Source of the DNA: Lepidodermella squamata
Taxonomy: Eukaryota > Animalia > Gastrotricha
Direction of reading: 5' to 3'
DNA length: 64,000 nt
Assembly (NCBI GenBank): GCA_047495785.1
Contig: JBLDXI010000020.1
Coordinates: forward strand, 2,852,001 to 2,916,000
Made by a program: the position numbers and the translations under genes. Of this stretch, positions 46,620 to 57,401 are shown piece after piece. The notes under the pieces were generated by a model. That model was not told where the DNA came from, searched no databases, and saw nothing but the letters and a program-made list of their open reading frames with translations. Every line of letters begins with the position of its first letter. The stretch's first letter is position 1.

Positions 46620-49600
46620 ATGATTAATCCACTAGAGCAACAAAACTCGCAAGAGACGCCATGCGAAATTTGCACCAAGCCAACCTTCAGCATACGCTGC
46701 GGGGTGTTTGCCTGTGAAGCTTGCAAGGTAACCATATCATATAATATTTATGGTTTATGGATGGTGAACATCTGTAACGATTAGTTATTGTTTTGATATT
46801 GTTGTTCATGTTTGTTTGGCATTTGGCCATTGTACTATCAGCTCATTCATAACTTGGCTTCTATTGCGTTTCCCTCATTAGTCATAGCTGTGGCCTATAA
46901 TAAGGCGTAGATGTATCATTTTCAGTATTCTGGTTATTTTCAATGAATAAATCAAGCATCTCGGGAAACGTTGACTCTTCATGACAAAATAACCAGAATC
47001 CAAACTTTTTTTCGAAACTTCGTATCTTTCGTATCAAATTTTTTTTGAACCATGAATGTCGAGGATCAACTCACCGAACTCATTGCGCGTTTCAATGGTC
47101 TTGAAATCTCAGTTAATGAATTGCAGACCGGGCTTCAAGCAGTTGGCAATCGGCCTGTTTTCGAGCCGAAAAGAGGCGGGACCCCGAAACCATTCAAAGG
47201 CGACCGCAAAGAATTCAGAACGTTCTGGAGCCAGTGTATTCTTTATTTAGGCATGAATGCTTCAATTTACTCGACCGATCCGCTTCGCGTTGGCTTTGTC
47301 ATTTCTCTTCTTCAAGACAGCGCCGGAAAATGGGCCGCTCCTTTGTTGGAAACAAATCATGCTTTGCTGACAAATTTTCAAAATTTCGGTAACGCCCTCG
47401 CTGCTGTTTTCGACGACCCTTCCCGACAAATTGCAGCTGAAAACGCACTCGATGTACTCAGGCAAGGAAATCGTACTGTTGCTGAATTCACTTCGGAGTT
47501 CACGTTGTTTCAAGTCGATGTTCCTTACAACGAAGCAGCCCTTATTCATATTTATCGTCGAGGTCTCTCGCAGGAAATCCGTGATCATTTAACTCACTAC
47601 CCGTTACCTACAACACTGGCCGAATTAATTAAGACAGCTACTCAAATCGACCGCCGTTTGGCTGAACGCCAGGCAGAAAAGCAATTTGAAACTCATCATT
47701 ACCAAGCCTCGAGTAACTTGCCAAGCAATTATCAAGTATCATACGCAGCGGGAACTAATGCTGCTGGTGCTAATGGTCACATGGCAATGGAAGTTGGCCG
47801 AGTGGCGCGTGCGCCCATTGATGGCTTTGAACGCGAACGTCGTCGTCGCCTTGGCCTGTGCTTTTATTGCGGTTCGGCTGGTCATCTTGTTGCTCGCTGC
47901 CCTACGACCTCTTCGAACCGCGCGAACCGGGTTAACCGTGATTTTCCGAATTACTCTAATGCTAAGTCAAACTCTAATAAACAAGGAGATAATTACACTG
48001 ATGAGCTTTTTATTTTACAAGGTATGGTCATCGAGCCGCTCACTGATCGTGGCGCTTTCGCCGTTGTTTTGGTGGATTGCGGTGCAGAGGGCAACTTCAT
48101 GGATGCGAGATTCGCTCGGCAGCGTGGCATTTCGTTGGTTCCTAAGCGTGCACCTGTCCGTTTGGAAGGCATGGATGGTCGGATGCTGGGTTCTAGCCCG
48201 ACAACTCTCGAAACCGTTCCTCTCCTGCTTGAGTTAGCTGGCCACAAAGAATTAATTAGGTTCGATATTATGGAGAGCCCGCACTATCCCGTTATTCTAG
48301 GAATGCCCTGGTTGAAGCAGCACAATCCGAGCATTGATTGGGCGAATAACACGATTCATTACTCCTCTCGTTACTGCGCTGATCACTGTCATGCCGAAGG
48401 TCAAGAAAACTCGTCTACTGGCCGCGTACTACTGGGCGGAGTTCGTCAAGATAAATCGAATGCTAAGCCAAGTACGGTCCTGCCTGAGAAGTACCGCGAG
48501 TTTGCCGATGTGTTTGACGAGAAAGAAGCTGACAAATTACCGCCGCATCGCCCTTACGACTGTCAAATCGATCTGGAGCCAGGAAAAAGCCCGCCGTTTG
48601 GTCCGATTTACAGCTTATCCGAAACTGAACTCGAAGTTCTGCGAAAGTATTTGAAAGAAAATTTGGCAAAAGGCTTCATTCGTGCTTCAAAATCATCCGC
48701 TTCTTCGCCAATAATGTTTGTCAAGAAAAAAGACGGCACCCTAAGACCAGTTGTCGACTACCGCGGGTTGAACAAGGTCACTAAGAAGGCGCGGTACCCC
48801 TTGCCATTGATACCGGAACTCATCGATCGCATTGGAAAAGCCAAGGTCTTCACTCGCCTGGACCTCAAAAATGCGTACAATCTACTTCGAATTCGAGAAG
48901 GTGACGAGTGGAAATCCGCCTTCCGTTCAAGATATGGCCTCTTCGAATATTTGGTCATGCCATTCGGCCTGTCTAATGCCCCAGCAGCATTTCAGCACTT
49001 CATGAACGATTTGTTTCGCGACATGCTAGATTCTTTTGTAGTAATTTATTTGGATGATATTTTGATCTTTTCGAATAGCCTGGACGAACACGAAGGTCAC
49101 GTTCGCCAAGTCCTTCAACGACTGCGTGAAAACCGACTTTTTGCCAAGTTAACGAAATGCGAATTCGAGGTAACAAAAGTTGATTTCCTAGGTTTCGTTG
49201 TCGGCACCGATGGTATTTCAATGTCGCCCGAGAAAGTCGAAGCCATCCGTGATTGGAAAAGCCCGACTACCTTCAAGGAAGTTCAGACCTTTCTAGGTTT
49301 CGCCAATTTCTACCGTCGTTTCATCAACGATTTCGCCAAGGTTGCCAAGCCACTGAATCAACTCATGAAGAAGGATATCAAGTCTTTCGTATGGGACGAC
49401 CGTGCTGAACGAGCCTTCTGCGAATTGAAGAAGCGGTTCACTTCAGCTCCGGTACTGGTCCACCCCGACCCGGATAAGCCATTTGTTGTTGAAACTGATG
49501 CCTCGAATTTTGCTGTGGGTTGTATTTTGTCACAGGTTGCTTCGGATGGCTTACTTCACCCGTGTGCTTACTACTCGAGAAGTCTAACGTCGGCTGAACA

Positions 49601-52600
49601 AGGCTACGGCATCTACGACAAAGAACTGCTGGCTGTCAAGGTCGCGTTCGAAAATTGGCGCCACTATCTCGAAGGGGCGCGGCACCGTGTTACGGTTCTA
49701 ACTGATCATCGGAACTTGGAATTTTTCGAGTCCAAGGTCAAGATCCTCAATCAACGTCATGCGCGATGGGCTCAGTTCTTTTCCCGCTTCGATTTCGTTC
49801 TAAGCTATCGCCCTGGTTCAGAAGCCGGTGACGCCGACGCCTTGTCGCGAAAACCTCAGCTTCAATTGCCAGGTACACAGTCGATCGAGCCTCAGTTTGT
49901 ATTGCAGCCAGCAAATCTTCGCATACTGGCCACTCGCTCATTCGTCTATGCCGAAGACCCCCTGGTCGATCGAATTCGTGCAGCGCAAACCAAGGACAAC
50001 TTCGCTATCGCCGCCCGCAACCGTCTCGCTGGTAAACCGGCCTCAATGAACATTGACCGAACACGTCTCAGCGAAGCCAACGGTGTTCTACTTTATGAAA
50101 ATCTCATTTACGTTCCGGCTGAATTGCGTCTCGAGATTCTCGATTCTCGACATGATTGCAAACTGGCTGGTCACCCTGGTATTAACAAAACGATCGAGCT
50201 GATATCACGCGATTATTGGTGGCCGGGTCAAGCAGCGTTCATCAAAGCGTACGTTCGTTCCTGCGAAACTTGCCGCCGTGTGAAATCAAGCCGGCACGAA
50301 CCCTATGGACTTCTTCAACCGCTACCGACGCCTTCGCGGCCATGGTCATCGATATCGATGGATTTCATCACTGACCTGCCGCCTTCACAGGGTAAGACAT
50401 GTATTCTGAATGTTGTTGATCGCCTGACTAAAATGGCTCATTTTATTGCATTTCCTGGTTTACCGACCGCCGAGCAAACGGCCCAAGCTGTCCTGGACCA
50501 GGTGTTTCGACTTCACGGTTTGGCCGACGACGCCGTCAGCGATCGTGGCTCTCAATTTTCATCTCATTTTTGGAAACGATTTCTCGAATTACTCAATTGC
50601 CAAGTCAAATTGTCGACTGCATTTCACCCGGAAACTGACGGTCAAACGGAACGGGTTAATCAGCAGTTGGAACAATATTTACGATGCTTCACTTCTTATC
50701 AACAAGATGACTGGTACGAACTCTTACCACTCGCCGAATTCGCCTACAACAACACTTCGCATTCTTCAATCAACACTTCGCCATTTTTCGCAAATTACGG
50801 GTTTCATCCGCGATTCGACATTTCAACGCCGTCTTCTTCACAAGTACCCCGAGCCGAGTTCCGTGCAAAAAATCTGGCTGATGTTTCTCGAGTTCTAGTC
50901 AATCATTTGGATAACGCGAAAGCTCGATACAAAAATTTTGCCGATCGTCATCGCCAGGAAGCGCCATTGGTCAAAGTCGGCGACAAAGTTTGGCTCAATT
51001 CAAGAAATCTTACTACGACGAGGCCGTCAAAGAAGTTGGATTACAAGAAAATCGGACCTTTCGTTGTCAAAAGCCTGGTTGGTCAATCAGCTGTTCGGCT
51101 TTCTCTTCCGCATTCTCTTCGCATTCACCCCGTTGTACATGTCTCTTTGATCGAACCTTATGTTGCTAATGAAATCAAGAATCGGATTCAGCCGCCACCT
51201 CCAGCTGTTACAATCAACGGTGAACAAGAGTTTGAAGTTCGCGCAATTTTGGATTCCAAACTCGAGCGAGGTCGCGTCAAGTACCTCGTTGACTGGTGTG
51301 GCTACGGCCCAGAAGACCGCACTTGGGAACCGCCTGGAAATTTGTCTCATTCGGCTGATTCAGTTGCTGATTTTCACCGACGTTATCCTGAGAAGCCGGC
51401 GCCTCGAAAGCCGTAAGGAGGGTGTGGTGTAACGATTAGTTATTGTTTTGATATTGTTGTTCATGTTTGTTTGGCATTTGGCCATTGTACTATCAGCTCA
51501 TTCATAACTTGGCTTCTATTGCGTTTCCCTCATTAGTCATAGCTGCGGCCTATAATAAGGCGTAGATGTATCATTTTCAGTATTCTGGTTATTTTCAATG
51601 AATAAATCAAGCATCTCGGGAAACGTTGACTCTTCATGACAACATCTCTTTTCCAGAAATTCTTCTTGAGGAATCGCCGGCTGTTGAAAGACTCCATACC
51701 TTGTAAAACCGGAACGAACAACTGTGACGTCATATACCTACGGGGATTCCCAGCCTGTTCGAAATGCCGATTGGCGAAATGTTATGCTGTAGGAATGAGA
51801 GTGAAAAGTATGTGTACCCGATATGATTGTTTTCAAACCGATGACTGCTCCATTGTTTTTATCAGGAGAAAATCGAAGTACTACCAAAGACCGAGCTAAG
51901 CTTGAGCTTGAAATTAAGATGGAACCAGTTCAAATATCTCACGATCCACCTGATTTGTTAGCTATCAATGCCGAGATGATGCTTCAGTCATCAGTCATCG
52001 CGCAAGCATCATTGGCAGATCTTCAAAACGTGAGAATTTCGTTTTTTTCCGTTATGTATTGCTATTGCCTTGACTTGAATTTAAAGTTGCCAGTGTCACA
52101 TTCAAGTGAAGTGCTCCCCCTCGATTGCAGCAGGGTAGTTTGGCAGCGAGGCATGGACAATTTTACGCAGATATCCAGAATTTGCACATCTTTCGTAAAG
52201 AAACTGCCATGTTTGCTTTCGTAAAGAAAAATACTTGTAGCATAACTTCGTATCTGATTTGTCTAGGTTATTCAGATATACCTGTATCAGATCGCTGTCA
52301 GTTATTCGGAAAATCGATATTCCCGATCACCGTATCTCAATTGTGCACTTATGGGAAGCCGTTGTGGGGCATGAACGAGATCAATCGTTGCGAGCTTATG
52401 CGCCATTTTCCGATTTTTCACGTATAATAAATGCGAATTTAGTCTGTTTCGCCAATTTATTTTTATGATCTAAAAGGTATCTGCTTCTCAAATCGACGAT
52501 GTCGATCGAGCAATTCAATTGTGGCAACCTTCGCCAGCCGAACTAGCTCTACTTCAAGCTCTGTTTTTCTATTGTGGTAGTGAATCATCATAAATTACCG

Positions 52601-52969
52601 GTAATCAGTCATAAATTCTATTCTTGCAGGTGGCCTCAGTCCTAAGAGACTCGAATCCGAAATGAAAATCCAAGAAATGGCTGCATGGATTGACTTGGCT
52701 CTGAAAGCCTACTTGGCGAAGCGTCCATTGCAATTGCAGGATAGAGTGGGAGCTAACGAAAATGTTTATCTTTACTGTTCTATAGGTAATTTCTTTTATA
52801 GTACGAAAGGTTCTATGGGATATTTGGCCTGCTGCGAACGACGGCAGCTAATCATGGCGATTTGGTCACGCAGTTCAAAGCAATTCGGCCTGATTTGGTG
52901 TTCGCGAACCAAGCCTTCTCAGAAATGGTTGCAATGCTAGCCGAGAACAAGTTTGACGTCGCGAATTGA
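46620..52969 (+). CDS. Divergent nuclear hormone receptor, copy 1 (exon 1 46620-46727; exon 2 from 51657; several short introns follow)
   Basis: CEIC..GVFACEACK|KFF..C..C..CSKCRLAKCYAVGM DBD; LBD signature FVKKLP|GYSDIPVSDRCQL. Confidence 0.8.
46773..51641 (+). mobile_element. Full-length Ty3/gypsy chromovirus (Tf1/sushi-like)
   Basis: 214-bp TG..CA LTRs (46773-46986, 51428-51641) with 1 mismatch; 5-bp TSD ACATC; PPT AAGGAGGGTGTGG. Confidence 0.97.
47052..51416 (+). CDS. Gag-Pol polyprotein (Gag, CCHC, protease, RT, RNase H, integrase, chromodomain) in a single ORF
   Basis: CFYCGSAGHLVARC, LVDCGA, YLDD, TDAS, HHCC, SMDF..SDRG..E, GPF, YLVDWCGYGPEDRTWEP. Confidence 0.97.
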   Translation: MNVEDQLTELIARFNGLEISVNELQTGLQAVGNRPVFEPKRGGTPKPFKGDRKEFRTFWSQCILYLGMNASIYSTDPLRVGFVISLLQDSAGKWAAPLLETNHALLTNFQNFGNALAAVFDDPSRQIAAENALDVLRQGNRTVAEFTSEFTLFQVDVPYNEAALIHIYRRGLSQEIRDHLTHYPLPTTLAELIKTATQIDRRLAERQAEKQFETHHYQASSNLPSNYQVSYAAGTNAAGANGHMAMEVGRVARAPIDGFERERRRRLGLCFYCGSAGHLVARCPTTSSNRANRVNRDFPNYSNAKSNSNKQGDNYTDELFILQGMVIEPLTDRGAFAVVLVDCGAEGNFMDARFARQRGISLVPKRAPVRLEGMDGRMLGSSPTTLETVPLLLELAGHKELIRFDIMESPHYPVILGMPWLKQHNPSIDWANNTIHYSSRYCADHCHAEGQENSSTGRVLLGGVRQDKSNAKPSTVLPEKYREFADVFDEKEADKLPPHRPYDCQIDLEPGKSPPFGPIYSLSETELEVLRKYLKENLAKGFIRASKSSASSPIMFVKKKDGTLRPVVDYRGLNKVTKKARYPLPLIPELIDRIGKAKVFTRLDLKNAYNLLRIREGDEWKSAFRSRYGLFEYLVMPFGLSNAPAAFQHFMNDLFRDMLDSFVVIYLDDILIFSNSLDEHEGHVRQVLQRLRENRLFAKLTKCEFEVTKVDFLGFVVGTDGISMSPEKVEAIRDWKSPTTFKEVQTFLGFANFYRRFINDFAKVAKPLNQLMKKDIKSFVWDDRAERAFCELKKRFTSAPVLVHPDPDKPFVVETDASNFAVGCILSQVASDGLLHPCAYYSRSLTSAEQGYGIYDKELLAVKVAFENWRHYLEGARHRVTVLTDHRNLEFFESKVKILNQRHARWAQFFSRFDFVLSYRPGSEAGDADALSRKPQLQLPGTQSIEPQFVLQPANLRILATRSFVYAEDPLVDRIRAAQTKDNFAIAARNRLAGKPASMNIDRTRLSEANGVLLYENLIYVPAELRLEILDSRHDCKLAGHPGINKTIELISRDYWWPGQAAFIKAYVRSCETCRRVKSSRHEPYGLLQPLPTPSRPWSSISMDFITDLPPSQGKTCILNVVDRLTKMAHFIAFPGLPTAEQTAQAVLDQVFRLHGLADDAVSDRGSQFSSHFWKRFLELLNCQVKLSTAFHPETDGQTERVNQQLEQYLRCFTSYQQDDWYELLPLAEFAYNNTSHSSINTSPFFANYGFHPRFDISTPSSSQVPRAEFRAKNLADVSRVLVNHLDNAKARYKNFADRHRQEAPLVKVGDKVWLNSRNLTTTRPSKKLDYKKIGPFVVKSLVGQSAVRLSLPHSLRIHPVVHVSLIEPYVANEIKNRIQPPPPAVTINGEQEFEVRAILDSKLERGRVKYLVDWCGYGPEDRTWEPPGNLSHSADSVADFHRRYPEKPAPRKP

Positions 52970-53239
52970 TAGCCCTGTTTGATTGTTGATAGATACTAAA
53001 TAATAAAATTGTGTATTCAGTTGTATGCTGATGTCATCACCGCCATGAAAGCAGGCAGTGCCATCGTCGTGTCTTGAAACTAGGGCATCCTTATATCATC
53101 AGCGCCAAAAAAAGCAGAGAAATAATGAGCAGTTAGCTCCAAGTTAGGACGAATCCTAAGTATGTTATGCAAAATGTTCTTGCTCGGCCTGATTTCCCCC
53201 GAATTTTATTTAGCAGCTCATGAATATTCATCATGTAAC

Positions 53240-54010
53240 GTTTCGGGCGGCAACCACCAGCCCTGCATTTGACGCTCAACGGCTCCGTTATCCCCCAGAT
53301 CGAAGTGTTGCGCGTCTTAGGCATTCAATTTGACGCGAAGCTCTCTTGGAAGCCCCACATGGACCGCACTCTGAGCCGATGCGGGCAAAATCTTTCTTGG
53401 TATCACACCATCGTTCGATCCTCGTTCGGCGCCCTGGGCTCTCCTTCCGCTGGCGTCGTGCCAGCTATGTACCTCGCTCTCGTCCGCTCGATCGCCTCTT
53501 TCGGCTGTGTCGTATTTTCGTCCGCTGCAACACAACAGCTGCGCCGTCTCGACGTCCTCCTGAACAAGTGCATGCGTGCTATGCTCGCCTCTCTGACCGC
53601 GTTCACCGAGCTCGAGCGGCGCTGTCGCCTGCCTAGCCTTCCCGAGTTTTTCTCTCAGGTTCAAAGCCGCTACGCCGAGAATGCCTGCCACTCCGCGAAC
53701 CAATCGAAGGCGCCCGCTTAAGTCCGCTAACGACTAACAGTTAAGTCGCCAGTAGTCGTCCTCCATGGCCGCCTGTCGTCGGGCCCGCTCCCTGTCTTCG
53801 TGTCCTAATCTCCCTCTGCTATTCCTTCTCTTCTCCGTTACATTCTTTCTGTTACCATCTGTTCTTTCCGTTTCTTCCTTCTGTTTCTGTATTTTCCGCC
53901 TATAATTCATGTCCGCGGTCTCCTCTGCCGTGATTTAAGTTGCCTTCAGTCTTATCACCTCTACTAGCACTAGCGTTCCTCTTCACATTCCCCGTAACCG
54001 ATAAACTGCT
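53240..54010 (+). mobile_element. 5'-truncated LINE fragment (I/Jockey-like RT C-terminus)
   Basis: LNGSVIP..RVLGIQFDAKLSWKPH..YLALVRS..G; pyrimidine-rich 3'UTR. Confidence 0.65.
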
Positions 54011-54898
54011 GATAGCTGCTGATAATTTCATCATTCTTGATGGGGTGTGATCGGGGTGTGATCGAAAATTCTCTTTTCAAAGGCGCCTTCAAGTTAAGTT
54101 AAGATTGGTGATCTAATGATATCGAAACCCTTATAAGGTACAATCACACCCCTTAGAGTGGAATTTAACTAAGAGCGCCTTTGAAAAGAAGGTTTAGATT
54201 ACACCCCGCGTAAGGGAGAACTTCACAAATTGAAAATATGCGAATCTAATCGCTTCCATCGAGACAACCTGCAACTACTACCTACATAAAAATCATCCAT
54301 GAAAATTATTCTTCTTGGAATATTGCATGGACTGATCCATTCAATTAACAAGGCGCATTCGTGGATACGACCAACTGACCAATCATAGCGAGCGGATTTT
54401 TCCCAACTTCCAACCTCAAACGCAATGACTTCTAATGACTCACAACAGCGAAGAACTTCTCCGAAATCCAAAAAGTTTGTAATTAAGTTGAGGTTCACTG
54501 ATAAATTCACCTCTTTATACTAAGCGATGATTAGCCATATAGGCCATTAGGCTGTCAATATTAATTGTCCATTACCCTAATATCGTTAAGTCGTTGAGCA
54601 AGTCCGAGTTAAACTTGTTTACGTCGCAGTTTTGAGGTGAAATGTGACAAGTGAAAAGTCATCTGTTTTAGCCTCTTCATTCCGTAAAACAACGCAGTTT
54701 TTACTTGTCAATCATCACCTTATAAAACTGACGCAAATGAGGTTAAATCCGAGTAATTCAACGACACCAGCACGATATCAATCTTAATCAAACCTGAACA
54801 CACTATGTCCCCCATTTTCACCTCTTTATACTAACATTGATTAGTCAGAAGTTAGTCAGTAAAACTGTAACTGCATTCGCCGCACTGTATTTTAAGCC

Positions 54899-56378
54899 AT
54901 GATTAATTATCCACTCGAGCAACAAAACTCGCAAGAGACGCCATGCGAAATTTGCACTAAGCCAACCTTCAGCATACGCTGCGGGGTGTTTGCCTGTGAA
55001 ACTTGCAAGGTAACCATAATATCCTACAAATAATGAATGGTGAATATCGCTTTTTCAGAAATTCTTCTTGAGGAATCGACTGTTGAAAGACTCCATACCT
55101 TGTAAAACCGGAACGAACAACTGTGACGTCATATACCTACGGGGATTCCCAGCCTGTTCGAAATGCCGATTGGCGAAATGTTATGCTGTAGGAATGAGAG
55201 TGAAAAGTACATGTCCGATATGATTGGTTACAATGCAAAGATAGCTTATTCCTTTTTAGAAAGTCGAAATAATGTCAAACAGCAAGCTAAACTTGATCTT
55301 GAGATGAAGTTGGAAGAAGTTTCAACGCCAACAGTTCAGATTTCTCACAATCCAACTGATTTGTTAGCTATCAAGGTCGAGACGATGCTTCAGTCGTCAG
55401 TCCTCGCGCAAGCATCATTGGCAGATCTTCAAAATGTTTGAATTTTCGTTATTTTCCGTTATGTATCTCGATTGCCTTGACTTGCATTTCAAGCTTCCAT
55501 TGTCACATTCGACTGGAATGTTCCCCCTTCATCGCAGCGGGCTGTTTTGGCAGCGAGCTATGGAAAATTTTACGCAGATATCCAGGATTTGCACATCTTT
55601 CGTAAAGAATCTGCCATGTTTGCTTTCGTAAAGAAGAATACTTTAACAAAACTTTGTTTCTGACCTGTCTAGGTTATTCGGATATTCCTGTATCAGATCG
55701 ATGTCAGTTATTTGGAAAATCGATAATCCCGATCGCTGTCTCTCAGTTGAGCACCTATGGGAAGCCGCTGTGGGGCTACAACGAGCTCAATCGCTGTGAG
55801 CTTATGCGCCATTTTCCGATTTTTCATGTAATTAATGCGAACTTCGTAAAAGTTGTAACCCGACCTGATTTTTTGACCTAAGGTATCTGCTTCTCAAATC
55901 GACGATGTCGATCGAGCAATTCAATTGTGGCAACCTTTGCCAGCCGAACTAGCTCTACTTCAAGCCCTGTTTTTCTATTGCGGTAATGAATCATTATAAA
56001 TCACCTAATCAGTCATAAATTCGATACTTGCAGGTGGCCTCAGTCCTCAAAGACTAGAATCCGAAGTGAAAATCCAAGATATGGCTGCATGGATTGACTT
56101 GGCTCTGAAAGCTTACTTAGCGAAGCTTCCATTGCAATTCCAGGATAGAGTGGGAGCTGAGAAATTTTTTCATTGTTTGTATATCAATTCTTTTATAGTA
56201 TGAAAGGTTCTATGGAATATTTGCCCTGCTACGAACGACTGCAGCCAATCATGGCGATTTGGTCACGCAGTTCAAAGCAATTCGGCCTGATTTGGTGTTC
56301 GCGAACCAAGCCTACTCAGAAATGGTTGCAATGCTAGCCGAGGATAAGTGGACGCCAAGAAATAATAACTCTGCTTAA
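54899..56378 (+). CDS. Divergent nuclear hormone receptor, copy 2 (multi-exon)
   Basis: Tandem duplicate of copy 1 with the same intron positions and an empty intron 1; P-box CETCK. Confidence 0.8.
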
Positions 56379-56482
56379 TTGTAGATAGATATTCATAAAA
56401 TACAATTGTAGCCAGTAAACGGTTGTAGACGGTTGTCTGTCACCTGGGATCTCGAATTCGTCGTTACAGACGTTTTAAGTAA

Positions 56483-56886
56483 CAGCGTGTCCCAGAAGTT
56501 GAGCAGCTATTTTTAATTTGGCACTTTTGCACAAGTTGCTCAGCTATTTAGCAACTTTTTCTAGGCAATATAACTCATTTTAATAATAAATTAAATTAAA
56601 TCTTTCATACGCGATAACCGAAAATATAAAAATTTTACCGGAGAAATCCCGGAAAAACCCGATTGTAACTGGTTCAGCAATTTTCGGTATTTTACCCGAT
56701 TGGACAAAATTTCTCCGGACATTTTTAATCCCATTAACAAGTGAAAAAAGTAATTCCTATTCTCGCGATTTTTTTAATTTTTCTAAAAATTTTCTGGCCA
56801 AAAGATGTGACTTTGTCTCTCATTTTAGAGTTTCTAAACCCTTTTCCGTGTATTTTCTTTGCTTGCGCTACTTATGGGACACGCTG
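56483..56886. mobile_element. Tc1/mariner-like MITE
   Basis: TIR CAGCGTGTCCCA(G/T)AAGT, with TA at the right end; a related terminus occurs near 62125-62149. Confidence 0.6.
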
Positions 56887-57401
56887 TACCAAATGGCCAT
56901 TTTTCGAAAATAAATGCCCGCACAAAAAATACCTAAATGCATCATAAAATGAACATAAAAAATCACTGGCGATCCTTTTTGCAGTAGCTCGAATCAATAT
57001 TTAAAAGTGAACAGTAGGGCAAAGTACCCCAAATCTGCAAAAAACGTCATCGCGGAACAATGGTGAACTTTTCGAAAATTTCCATTTGGGGTTGTCAAGG
57101 GGCATCTACTGGCAAAAAAGGGCCCGTGCTAGGGGCTCCGATATCGGTGACGTCAAAAATCGCTAAAGATTTTGTTGCAGATTTTGGGTAATTTACCCGA
57201 TGAATATAGTTATCGTTATAGTTTACCGTTATAGTTATCCGGATTTGATTATTTTTGACACCGGGCAACAATTCGGGTGTTGTCGATTATTTATGGACAT
57301 CGCTACACCAATCCACAACACCAAAAAAACAATATAATATTGGCTAATTTTATTCAATATTCAAATAATATCGATCAAATAATCACCGAAAAAATTCAGC
57401 A

